A stretch of 64,000 nucleotides of DNA from assembly GCF_006345805.1 (NCBI RefSeq), contig NC_043008.1:36766001-36830000 (forward strand), given 5' to 3'. This DNA is from Octopus sinensis. Lineage: Eukaryota. Of the stretch, positions 25,169 through 37,011 are shown in pieces. The translations under genes were made by a program, and so were the position numbers. The first letter of the stretch is position 1. Each line of letters begins with the position of its first letter. Below the pieces are notes generated by a model, which worked only from the letters and a program-made list of their open reading frames with translations, was not told the DNA's origin and made no database searches.

Positions 25169-27413
25169 CTTCTCTTCTGAGTCAGAAAATAACTTCAGTC
25201 CTAAATGATTATTGACAGTTTGCAAAACTCATGTGAAGCCCTAAAAAGAATATTGCTTCCACACCTTGCCTGGGGTTACTGCTTCACAGTGACACCCTAC
25301 ACCACATCTAGAAAAGGCTCACTCAATGTGGCATAAATCACTGACAAGCATGTTTCAACCTCTGGTCTACAGGCATGCTGGTTTCTCTCTCTACCTTTAT
25401 TACTACTTCTATTTCTTGAAGCTGACTGGTGTTGTGTCATCTATCCTCCAGGGACTCCAGGCAGATTTATCTCCCCTCTATTCTTGATATATGTTATATC
25501 TAAACCCCAGGCCCACACTACATCAGTCGCTATGCTCAGTCAGTCCTTTCACAGAAAATCAAATGTCTAGAATTTCTCCATTACTCTTGCCTTTCCTGCA
25601 AGTGTCAGACTTTGAAAGGTCAAAGAAAACATTAACAGTATCAAGCTCATCAGTCACAGATCTGCAGAAGCAACAGGCACTCCTCCTTCTACCAGACCTG
25701 GAAAGTAATAAGAAAGAAAATGTACAAACATATATATAGATTTTGAAGAACAAACAAGATAAATAGGACTTGATGCAAGAGTTTACATTTTATATTTATA
25801 TACTTAATTTTTTGCAACTGGCAGAAATTACAAAGTGAGCCCCAAGGGCTGACAGTTTTTGTATGACACTTATCAAGTTTATAAATGTATTTCAATTATA
25901 TTTTATATTATCTTTATCATATTTATCTTTTAAAAAGCTTAACAAAATGATATATATAAATGCGGCAAGAATAATTTTAAAAGGCTTATGGAAATTCTAC
26001 ACTTTTTTTCACAATTATTTGTTGCCAAAAGCATATTTCTTTATTGCATTTCGTAATTTAATGATGAAATATATAATTCATTTTCACACAAATCTTAGAA
26101 CGCTTGCAATAAATCACTAGTTATAAATAATCTTGAGTTATGTCATGTCAGAATGATTCTTTTGATGGTATTGGTATGACTTGACGAGCTAGCATCAGTT
26201 AATTTCAGTTTGATAAGCATGGAAGACATGGAAACTAAAATTTGATTCTACTTTGTTTGTTGCTTTCAGGTATATATGATAAATGAAGTAAATTATAGTG
26301 CTGTCAGAAGACAAAAATCACCTGCAAGAAAGAATTTTTGAACAATTTGCTTTCTAATGGAACAGCCTTGTAAAATCACAATACGATGTTTCTTAGCTCA
26401 AGTTAAAATAAATGCTTATCTTCACATGCTTTTGAAGGCATTGAGCTTTGTCAGAATTAGTTAACATCATCTAGGAATTCATTGATATGGAATAAGGCGC
26501 ACCACTGAAAGCCAGTAATCATTCTCTGTAATATTTCTTGAAGTAACATTTCTTCAAGTATCATTAACTATTGGGGGAAGGCTTTCCATTTTCAAATATC
26601 CTGATCTTAGCTTAGCTTATTGTCAGTGAGTGAGAAAGAAATTTATGCTATAACCAAATAATTGATAGGTTCTTGTGGCTAATGAATATTTACCAGCTTA
26701 TTAGAAAACACTTGAATGTAAATTATTGAAAAATGTGCTACAAATCATGTTTAAAGTAATATATTTCTCAAAGTCAACCAGTTTCTCTCCTGTATTGGGA
26801 CAGAGGGTACCTGTATCTGAAATGAAGAAAATTGTATTTGTGATTTCTGGTTGAGACATAGCACATTTCTTTTTTTTTCTTCTTTTCTCTTTGGATCTGG
26901 TGGAAGGAACAGTGCCTCTTGCTTCTGCAGATCTTCTGTGACTGGTGAGATTGATGCTGTTAATATTCTGCTTGACCTTTCAAAGTTTGACGCTTGCAAA
27001 AAAAGGCAAGAGTAATAGAGAAATTACAAAAATCTGACTTTCTGTGAAAGGACTGACTGAGCATAGTGGTTAGTGTAGTGTGGGCTTTGGGTTTAGATAT
27101 AACATATTTCAAGAAAAGAGGGGTTAATGAGTCTGCCTGGAGTCCCTGGGGATAGGTGACAACACACCAGCCAACTTCAAGAAATAGACCCCATTATAGA
27201 GTAGTAGTATGCCTGTAGGTCAGAGGTTGGAATATGTCTGTGAATTTATGCCACAGTGAGTGAATCTTTTCTAGATGTGATCAAGGATGTCACTGTGAAG
27301 TAGCAATACCAAACTGGATGAGGGAGAAAATTTCTTTTTAGGGTTACACATGAGCTTTGCAGACTGTCAGTAATCATTTGGGCCTGAAGACATTTTCTGA
27401 CTTAGAATAGAAG
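25169..27413. repeat. Large diverged inverted repeat (~555-bp arms, ~1.1-kb spacer)
   Basis: About 25169-25725 aligns as the reverse complement of about 26860-27413 (e.g. gctcagtcagtcctttcacagaaa vs tttctgtgaaaggactgactgagc). The ORFs at 25491(+) and 26751(-) are homologous. Confidence 0.9.
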
Positions 27414-27444
27414 AACCATTCTTTGGAATTTGGTTCTATGTTAA

Positions 27445-27663
27445 CCCTTCAGTGTTCAGATTATTCTATCAAACATAATACTTATTGATTCACATTGATT
27501 TCAATTAATCATGCATTATCTCATATCTTCAAGATCTTGATGGTGTAATTACCTAATGTAAAATAACATTGTAGGGTAGGTGTTAGAGCCTGGATCCGGT
27601 CAGTTTGAACATAAAACAGATGAAATATTTTGGCCGGATACGGCTGGTTTAAATACTAAAGGG
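27445..27663. mobile_element. piggyBac-type MITE (TTAA|CCC...GGG|TTAA)
   Basis: ttaa at 27441-44 and 27664-67 flanking cccttcag..ctaaaggg termini. Second copy at 57581-57802. Confidence 0.85.
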
Positions 27664-27824
27664 TTAAAGATATGTTTTTGCCAGAAGCATTCCCTCCATT
27701 CTGGTTGAAATATACACTACCATTCAATGACACTTCTATTTCATTCATTGGAATCTGACACAATCAAAACTAAAGACCTAACTTTCAGCAAGTGCTTTTT
27801 GTTCTTTATATATATATATATTTT

Positions 27825-28216
27825 TTTCTTTTACTTGTTTCAGTCATTTGACTGCGGCCATGCTGGAGCACCGCCTTTAGTCGAGCAAATCGACCCTGGG
27901 ACTTATTCTTTGTAAGCCCAGTACTTATTCTATCGGTCTCTTTTTGCCAAACCGCTAAGTGACGGGGACGTAAACACACCAGCATCGGTTGTCAAGCAAT
28001 GCTAGGGGGACAAACACAGACACACAAACACACATACATATATATATATACATATATATGACAGGTTTCTTTCAGTTTCCGTCTACCAAATCCACTCACA
28101 AGGCATTGGTCGGCCTGAGGCTATAGCAGAAGACACTTGCCCAAGATGCCACGCAGTGGGACTGAACCTGGAACCATGTGGTTGGTTAGCAAGCTACTTA
28201 CCACACAGCCACTCCA
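27825..28216 (-). mobile_element. tRNA-derived SINE family A (internal (TA)n/(TG)n)
   Basis: Head ggagtggctgtgtggtaagtagcttgc..ggttcagtccc, body tttggtagacggaaactgaaagaa, tail gctccagcatggccgcagtcaaatgactgaaacaagtaaaa. At least ten copies in the window. Confidence 0.9.
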
Positions 28217-28606
28217 TCTTTATTTAACAATATATCTTGTTAATCTTTTTTTACATGTGAATATATGTGGCAGTCGTACAAGAAGGTCACATAAAAGAAA
28301 ATACCACATGCGCTTAATATGCGAACATTGACTAATCATTTTGCATGTTAATGGATAACATTCTGAAACTCATTCCTACTTTAAGAAGAAACTATTTTTG
28401 TAACAATGGCTAGATTAGACATAATACACAACACAGCTCCATATACTATACAATTTTGAAAATCTAATTTGGAACTGGTCAAGTGTATTCTTATGTTTTA
28501 AATATAATTAAATTCTAATTAATTTCAAATTTGTGTTTATTTTCAACTTCATTTCTTCATTCTCTCCCTCCCTCCCTCCCTCCCTATCTCTCACTCTCTC
28601 TCTCTG

Positions 28607-28654
<48 letters not shown>

Positions 28655-29085
28655 CATTTTCTTGTTTCAGTCATTAGACTGCGGCCATGCTGGGGCACCA
28701 CCTTGAATTTTTAGTCGAATAAATCGACCCCAGTACTTATTTGTTAAACCTGGTACTTATTCTATCAGTTTCTTTTGTTGAACTACTAAATTACAGGGAC
28801 ATAAATACACCAACACTGGTTGTGAAGCAGTGATGGGTGGACAAACACAGACACAAAGACATGCACTTAGATATATATACATATCTATCTATCTATCTAT
28901 ATCTATCTATATATATATATATATGATGGGCTTCTTTCAGTTTGCCTCTACCAAATCCATTCACAAGGCTTGGTTGGCCTGAGGCTATAGCAGAAAACAC
29001 TTGCCCAAGGTGCCATGCAGTAGGACTGAACCCAAACCATATGGTTGGGAAGCAAGTTTCTTACCACATAGCCACTCCTGCACCT
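28655..29085 (-). mobile_element. SINE family A
   Basis: Colinear with 27825-28216. Confidence 0.85.
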
Positions 29086-29097
29086 TTAAAAGGGATG

Positions 29098-29143
29098 AGT
29101 GTATATACCATATTTCAGGCGTTGTTGCCCCTTCATCAGCACC
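29098..29143 (-). ncRNA. Minimal type I hammerhead ribozyme motif (Penelope-type)
   Basis: Minus strand reads GGUG CUGAUGA AGG-GGCAACAACG-CCU GAA AUAU-GGU-AUAU A / CACU: full conserved core, stems I, II and III, AUA cleavage triplet. Confidence 0.75.
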
Positions 29144-29404
29144 TATATGTCTATATATATATATACATATTTCATTTACACATTGCAAGACTAATAACCT
29201 GGTGTTGAACTCAATATATGTATGCTTCACAATGATATGTTAGACAAGTAGAGAGCAGTAATAAGAAAATGAGATGACAAAGTAATAAACAATTATCTTC
29301 TGAACTTCAGTAGCTTACATCTGTTTCTGCTATAAGGTGCAGTGTACTCTTGGTTGAGTGTGATTTTTCCTTTGTCATCTGTTTTTCCTATATATATATA
29401 TAAA

Positions 29405-29668
29405 TATCATCATCATCATCATCATCATTTAACGTCCGCTTTCCATGCTAGCATGGGTTGGACGGTTCAACTGGGGTCTGGGGAGCCCGAAAGCTGCACC
29501 AGTCCAGTCAGATCTGGCAGTGTTTCTACAGCTGGATGCCCTTCCTAACGCCAACCACTCCGAGAGTGTAGTGGGTGATTTTATGTGCCACCGACACAGG
29601 TGCCAGACGAGGCTGGCAAACGGCCACGCTCGGATGGTGTTTTTTATGTGCCACCGACACAGGTGCCA

Positions 29669-29670
<2 letters not shown>
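29405..29670 (-). mobile_element. RTE-3'-end-sharing short element
   Basis: (cat)n ttaacgtccgctttccatgctagcatgggttggacgg..ctggatgcccttcctaacgccaacc. Similar copies at about 32400-32750, 44115-44495, 47555-47890 and 47955-48180. Confidence 0.82.
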
Positions 29671-29708
<38 letters not shown>

Positions 29709-29963
29709 TCTTATTTGTTTCAGTCATATGACTGCTGCCATGCTGGAGCACCACATTTAGTCAAACAACTCATGCCCAGGACTTATTCTTTGTAAGCCTT
29801 GTACTTATCCTAGCAGTTCTTTTGCCGAACTGCTAAGTTATCAGGATGTAAACACACCAACAAGTGATTGTCAAGTGATGGTGGAGGTGGGGGAAACAAA
29901 CACAGACACACAATCATATAATATACACATACATGCATACACACACACACACTCACATATATA

Positions 29964-29995
<32 letters not shown>

Positions 29996-30212
29996 TATAA
30001 AATGAGATAGGGGTTGAAAATTCAACCCACCATGGGATATATATGATAAGCTTCTTTCAGTTTCCGTCTACCAAATCCATTCACAGGACTTTGGTTGTCC
30101 TGAGGCTATAGTAGAAGACACTTGCCCAAGGTGGCATTGCCATGCAGTGGGACTGAACCTGGAACCATGTGGTTAGTAAGCAAGCTACTTATCACGCAGC
30201 CGTTTATATATA

Positions 30213-30256
<44 letters not shown>

Positions 30257-30366
30257 GTACACATCTTTATGCACGCAAACAAAAATACATATGTAAGTGT
30301 GGAGGTGGCCCAGCATGGCTGCAGTCCAATGACTGTGACATGGAAAAAGAATAAACAATATTCTCT

Positions 30367-30409
<43 letters not shown>

Positions 30410-30958
30410 ATGCACACATACATATACACATGCATATGCATGCATATATATACATTCTATTTTTACACACAGAACTCTCTGTGTGCATATGTGTGTATGT
30501 GTGTGTTTAACATTATTGAACTCTGTCTGATCTTACCCCCCCACGTCACCATCTCCCCACTGTGCGGTTTTCTCTTCTAATTATTCCACCATTAAAATTA
30601 TTCTAATTCCCTTGTTATAAGAGCGATCCAAGTTCTAATTACAATGTTAGTCCTAATGAACTATCAATTTCTCTTAAAGGCTTTTTTTTCCTCTTCTTTT
30701 TATCACTGATGTCATTTTTGTTGTTGTTCTTGTTGTTTTTGTTATTGTTGTTATTTGCTTCATCCTCTGCCCACTACCTCCCCTTTATTTATTATTCTTT
30801 TTTTTAATATATTTTATTTTTATTTTTACCAACTTTTTGTGTGTCTTCTGAATTAGCTATGGAAGAAAATCAAATAAGAGTACAGATAATAACAAAAAAA
30901 AATGATAATAATGATAATAATAATAATAGTGATGATGATAATAATGATAATGGTGATG

Positions 30959-30995
<37 letters not shown>

Positions 30996-31944
30996 TGATG
31001 ATGATGATGATGATAATGGTGATGATGTTAATGATGATGATGAGGAGGAGGATAAAAATAATAATAATAATTACTAGTAATAATAATAATGCTGTAATTA
31101 TCAATAACCTACAAAACAGGATTATTTTTCTAACTTATTGATAATTATAGCTTTTAGCAAAGCAAAACTTCATTTTTTTTTTTTTATTTTCTTTCTTGTT
31201 GTTTCATATAATTCTCATGTTCAAAGTTGCTATCTAAAGCCAGCATGATATCCTTTATTATTAGCATTGTCACATCACTGAATACTTTGTATTTGGATTC
31301 CCTTGTGTTATATTTCTGACAATAACATCTGTTGATGTTATTTTTATTGTTTAAGCTTGCTGTCTCTTGGGTACAAAGAACAAGAACAAATAAAACGGCC
31401 GTCTAATTTTGTGTTAAAATACAAAGATGGCATTGCAAATGAGAGGCATCAACAGTTCTTAACTAGCCACGATTCTTTTTTCTTTATTTATTATTTGTTT
31501 TTGTTTTTTTTTTGTTGAGTTTACTGAGTTGTGGTGATAAAAGAATTGGTGGCGCCATGATAGGAACAGTCATTTCTTTCCTACCTTGCTCCTTGTCTGT
31601 AGCTGATTACGGGGAAGAAGAAGAGGGGAAAAGAAAGAGAAAGAGAGAAATCTAACCCTAGTAGACAACTGGTACTGTTTATTGATCTATTATTCTCCAA
31701 TGAGATTGAAAGTTAAAATGGCCCGTAGTGGCGTTTGAACTCAGCATGCTGAGAGCTTCAACAAAATGGTTAAGTACTTTAACCTGACATTTGAAGCACT
31801 CTCACAGTGCATCACCTCAACTATCATCATCATCATCATCTTCATCGTCATTATCATTTAACATTCATTTTCCATGCTGGCATACATACATATATATTTG
31901 TACATACATACATACATATATATAAATATATAAATATATATATA

Positions 31945-32105
31945 AGTGCAAATTGACTGTGTGGTAAAAAGCTTGCTTCCCAACCACATGGCTCCGAATT
32001 CAGTCCCACTGCATGGCACCTTGGGCAAGTATCTTCTACTAAAGCCTCAGGCCGGCCAAAGACTTGTGAGTGGATTTGGTAGACAGAAACCGAAAGTAGC
32101 CTGTC

Positions 32106-32143
<38 letters not shown>

Positions 32144-32350
32144 TATATATATATGTATATATATTCATGTGTCTTTGTGTCTGTGTTTGTCCCCTTCGCC
32201 TGACAACTGATGTTGGTGTGTTCATGTGCTCGGGATTTAGTGGTTTGCCAAAAGAGGCTGCGAGAATAAGTACTAGTCTTACAAAGAATAAGTCCTGGGA
32301 TCAAGTTCTTTGGCTAAAGGCAGTGCTCCAGCATGGCCTTAGTCAAATGC
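31945..32350 (+). mobile_element. SINE family A
   Basis: Colinear with the family consensus seen in the other copies. Confidence 0.85.
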
Positions 32351-32880
32351 CTAAAACATGTAAAAGAGTAAAGTTTTATATATATATATATATATATATC
32401 ATCATCATCGTCATAGTTTAATGTCTGCTTTCCATGCTGGCATGGGTTGGGTGGTTTGACTGCGGGCTTGCAAGCCAGAAGGCTGCACCAGGCTCCAATG
32501 TGATCTGGCAAAGTTTCTACAGCTGGATGCCTTTCGTAACACCAACCCCTCCGAGAGTGTTGTGGGTAGTTTTTACATGCCACCAGCACAGAAGCCAGTC
32601 AGGTAGGCCTGGCATCGATCACATTTGGATTATACTTTTTATGTGCCACCGGCACAGGAGCCAGTCAAGCAGCACTGGTAATGACTATGAATGAATGGGG
32701 CTTTTTATGTGCCACCGGCACGGGGCTAGTCAGCTGGCACTGGCATTGACTACATTCAAATATATGTATTACACACATACATATAATAGGATTTCACACA
32801 ATTTCCTTCTGGCAATCTCTTAAGGCTCTTGCTACATATTAATGTTTCCTAAATATTAGTCTTGGCAGATATGTATTTTA

Positions 32881-33260
32881 TTATTACCTCTGCCTTAGCG
32901 AAAGTGAAAGTATTGTTTTCAGTTGTGTTTGGCTGTTTGTCGGTCTATGGACAGGATATCTCAAGAACCGCTGGATTGATTTGGCTGAAACTTTCAGGGC
33001 TGTTTAACCTCGTGACTAGCACAAACTGATTAGATTTTGGGATCGATCCAGTACCAGACAAGGATTCTCGATTATTTTTCCTGTTTTTTTTTACTTAATT
33101 TATGAGAGCAGTCGGGTTCATTTTTAGTATTCTTGTATGTGAGAGCGGTCGAGTTTATTTTCATTCAGATATTTTCAATCTAAAAACCATCTCTGTCTAA
33201 TGGTTGGGAGGATGCTGGTGTTGCCTTGGTGGAGATTTGCGCTCTCTGAGTGCTCTTGTT
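32881..33260 (+). mobile_element. Helentron/DINE-1-like (or Crypton-like) non-autonomous element
   Basis: 5' acctctgcc-ttagcgaa-agtgaaagt degenerate hairpin, ctgtttgtc microrepeats, 3' ggtggagat sub-terminal repeat and terminal stem-loop gcgctc-tct-gagtgc. Confidence 0.6.
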
Positions 33261-33499
33261 TATTTTGTATTCACCGTTGTTCTTTTTTTAAAATAATTTT
33301 TCATTTTTCCTGTTATTATTCTTGCTTTGTTGTTGTTGTTGTTCTCGTGGTGGTGGTGGTGGTGGTGGTGCTGCTGCTGCTGCTGCTTGTCATTGCTGAT
33401 ACTGCTCTGATCTTGATGTTGTCATGTTGTTGTTGTTCATGTTGTTGATACTTTTGATGTTTTTGTACTCGCTATTGTTGTTGCTGTATTTCTTGTTGC

Positions 33500-33661
33500 T
33501 GATGTTTTTGATGTTGTGGTAGTGATGATGATGATGATGATGATGATGACAGTGAGGATATTGATGATAATGATTATGATTGTGGTGGCAGCGATGGCAA
33601 TGATGATGATGATGATGATTGCGTTGATGGTGGTGGTGGTGGTGATGATGATGATGATGAA

Positions 33662-33693
<32 letters not shown>

Positions 33694-34330
33694 GGTGGTA
33701 GTAGTGAATGTGGTAATGGTGATGGTGGTGATGGTGATGGTGGTGATGATGATGATGATGATGATGATGTTGATGACGATGATGGTGATGATAACTCTGC
33801 AGACCTCATTTTGTCCTTGTTGATGTTCTTAGAATCTTTGTTTATTCACAGGAAAATAAAACACTGTCAGCAATAAAACTTTGCTGCCCCTGCTGCTACC
33901 ACCAACACTATTACCATCACCACCACCACCACCACCACCATCACCACTACCACTACCATCACCACACCACTACCACTACCATCACCACCACCATCACTAT
34001 CACCACCACCACTACCACTACCATCACCACCACCACCATCACCACTATCACAGCCACCATCACATCTTCTACCACCACCACCACCACCACTCCTGCTACT
34101 ACCATCATAATTACACAACATTACCATTGCCTCCACCACCATTACTATAGTCACTGTTGTAGTAACCACAACTACAGCACCAGCCCCTATGCCATTAGCT
34201 CCACCACCACCACCACCACCACCACTATCAGGCACCAGTGTCACTGCCACCACTACTATCACCATGGCTGTCGCCACTGCCACCATTGCTGCTGCTGCCA
34301 CCATTGTTGTTGCTGCTGCTGCTGCCACTA
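33500..34330. repeat. Compound trinucleotide microsatellite: (GAT/GGT)n block, short spacer, then (ACC/ATC)n block
   Basis: Directly visible; strand polarity flips at about 33800-33890. Confidence 0.92.
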
Positions 34331-34844
34331 CCACATCAAGTGTTCATTTCACACCTTGTCCAAGTCAATTATAACTTCATCACTATTGTGTTTCTTCGTT
34401 ATTTTTTTTCCTTTTTTTTTATGTTAGAGAACTAATTAGGATTTTACTGGAGTCTCTTAGTGTTTATGGTGAGTTTGGTATTGTTACTACAGAAAGAACT
34501 GTTGTGGTGGTAGCGGTGTGGTTGGTACTGTTGAGGAGGTAGTTTTATAGTGGGGGGTTGTAATAAGTAGTGTTGTAGTAAGTGAAATTATGTTGCTGTT
34601 AGTGTGGTGGTGGTTGTAGTGATTGTCTCCTAGCTGTGTTGCTGTGATAGTGTTGTGGTGTTTTGGCAATGGTGTTGATGTAGTCACTATTGTAGTAGCC
34701 ACAACTACAGCACTATTCTTGTAGTGGTTGTAATGAGGTGTTTGGGTTGTAGTGTTACTGTGGTGTTGTGATGGTGTTGATATGATCACAGTTATGTTGT
34801 AGTAATAGTGTTTGTGCTGTAGTAGTAGCACTGTGGTGGAGTTG

Positions 34845-36055
34845 GTAGAAACGTTAGCATGCCAGGTGAAATGCTTAGTGGTGTTTTGTCTGTCTTTACG
34901 TTTTGAGTTCAAATTCTGCCGAGGTCGACTTTGCCTTTCATCTTTTCGGGGTAGATAAATTAAGTACCAGTTACGCACTGGGATTGATATAATCGACTTA
35001 ATCCGTTTGTCTGTCCTTGATCATCCCCTCTGTATTTAGCCCCTTGTGGGTAGTAAAGAAATAGGTATTTCGTCTGTCTTTACATTCTGAGTTCAAATTC
35101 TGCCGAGGTCATCTTTGCCTTTCATCCTTTCGGGGTCGATAAATTAAGTACCAGTTATGCACTGGAGGTGATATAATCGACTTAATCTGTCCTTGTTGAT
35201 GTTCTTAGAATCTTTGTTTATTCACAGGAAAGTACCAGTTATGCACTGGAGGTGATATAATCGACTTAATCTGTTTGACTGTTCGTGTTTGTTCCCTCTG
35301 TATTTAGCCCCTTGTGGGTAGTAAAGAAATAGGTATTTTGTCTGTCTTTACGTTCTGAGTTCAAATTCTGCCGGGGTCGACTTTGCCTTTCATCCTTTTC
35401 AGGGTCGATAAATTAAGTACCAGTTATGCACTGGAGGTGATATAATCGACTTAATCTGTTTGACTGTTCGTGTTTGTTCCCTCTGTATTTAGCCCCTTGT
35501 GGGTAGTAAAGAAATAGGTATTTTGTCTGTCTTTACGTTCTGAGTTCAAATTCTGCCGGGGTCGACTTTGCCTTTCATCCTTTTCAGGGTCGATAAATTA
35601 AGTACCAATTACGCACTGGAGTTGATATAATCGACTTAATCCGTTTGTCTGTCCTTGTTTGTCCCCTCTCTGTTTAGCCCCTTGTGGATAGTAAAGGAAT
35701 AGGTATTTTGTATGTCTTTACGTTCTGAGTTCAAATTCTGCCGGGGTCGACTTAGCCTTTCATCCTTTTCAGGGTCGATAAATTAAGTACCAATTACGCA
35801 CTGGGGTTGATATAATTGACTTAATCCGTTTGTCTGTCCTTGTTCGGCCCCTCTGTGTTTAGCCCCTTGTGGCTAGTAAAGAAATAGGTATTTCGTCTGT
35901 CTTTACATTCTGAGTTCAAATCCCGCCGAGGTCAACTTTGCCTTTCATCCTTTCGGGGTCGATGAATTAAGTACCAGTTGTGTACTGGGGTTGATCTAAT
36001 CGACTAGTCCTATCCCTTAAGATTTCAGGCCTTGTGCCTAGAATAGAAAAGAATA
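34845..36055 (+). repeat. Tandem array of SINE family B bodies (185-bp period; one head, six bodies, one tail)
   Basis: Unit junction aaagaaatag|gtattt at 35065, 35333, 35518, 35703 and 35888. Confidence 0.95.
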
Positions 36056-37011
36056 TTGTTGTGGTGACTATAGTTGCTCTAGTGATGGTGTTTTAGTAGT
36101 GATGATGCTGCTGTGGTATTCTTGTGATAGTACTGATGTGGTCATTGCAGCAGTTACCAGGATAACGTTGTGGCAGTAGTATTGTAGCTGTGTTACTGTG
36201 ATTGTCTTGAAGAGGTTGTATTGTAAAGTTGTATGAAGTGACTTCAGTTACACACTGCCTTTACAGCTTCTCCAAAACCGTCGCCTTTGCTGCAGTCAAT
36301 ATTTCTCTTGAAGAACTGCAGAAAGTAAAATGTAAAATCAAAAATAAAAAACAATGAAAAAAGCAAACATGGTCAGGGAGAGAATTCTAAGAAAAACATG
36401 CTCCAGGGAGAAAGGACTGCATGTAGTGGTTTAATGTGGTACCTTGTAGGGCAGACACAGTGTGGGTGGTAAGGGGAAGAGAGGCAAGTATATTAGGTGA
36501 ACCTAAGTGGAAGTGGTACAAAACTAGTCAGATTCAGGGAGCAGAGGCCATAATAGTTGTGGTTTATATGAAAGTGAGGAGGAGACAGCTTGTCTGGTGA
36601 GGAGAAAAATGGTTGAACTGTATTGGTCAGCGATTCCATAGTGATCAGTTTGGTAGTTGTTGTCTTGGATGCTAGTTCAGATTTTATATCTCTGTTGTGA
36701 ATGTTATATAGACTTCCTAATATTTTTTTCTTGTATGTGTGTTATGTTGAATCTGATGACTGGTTTTGATGTTTTTTTTTTGTATTTTATTTTTGTGTTA
36801 AAATATAAAAAAAAAATAATCATGGGAAGGAAATGGTGAATTCTGTATGTGATACTTTTACTTTGTTATTTGTTTGGAGTCAAGTCTCTAGTTATCTGAC
36901 TTGTTGTGCAGCTGTGTCTAGATATTGGTGAGAAAAATTGTTAACTTTTTGATTATTATTATTATTATCATCATCATCATCATCTTCATCATTATTATCA
37001 TTATTATTATT

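Noticed and set aside
26940-27000. DAVNILLDLSKFD resembling the RT LDLSKAFD motif
   Set aside because: Flanking residues do not continue as an RT, and the homologous arm reads DLSKSD.
33390-34978. His-, Gly-, Pro- and Thr-rich ORFs resembling low-complexity proteins
   Set aside because: Stop-free only because of trinucleotide repeats; both strands and several frames are open.
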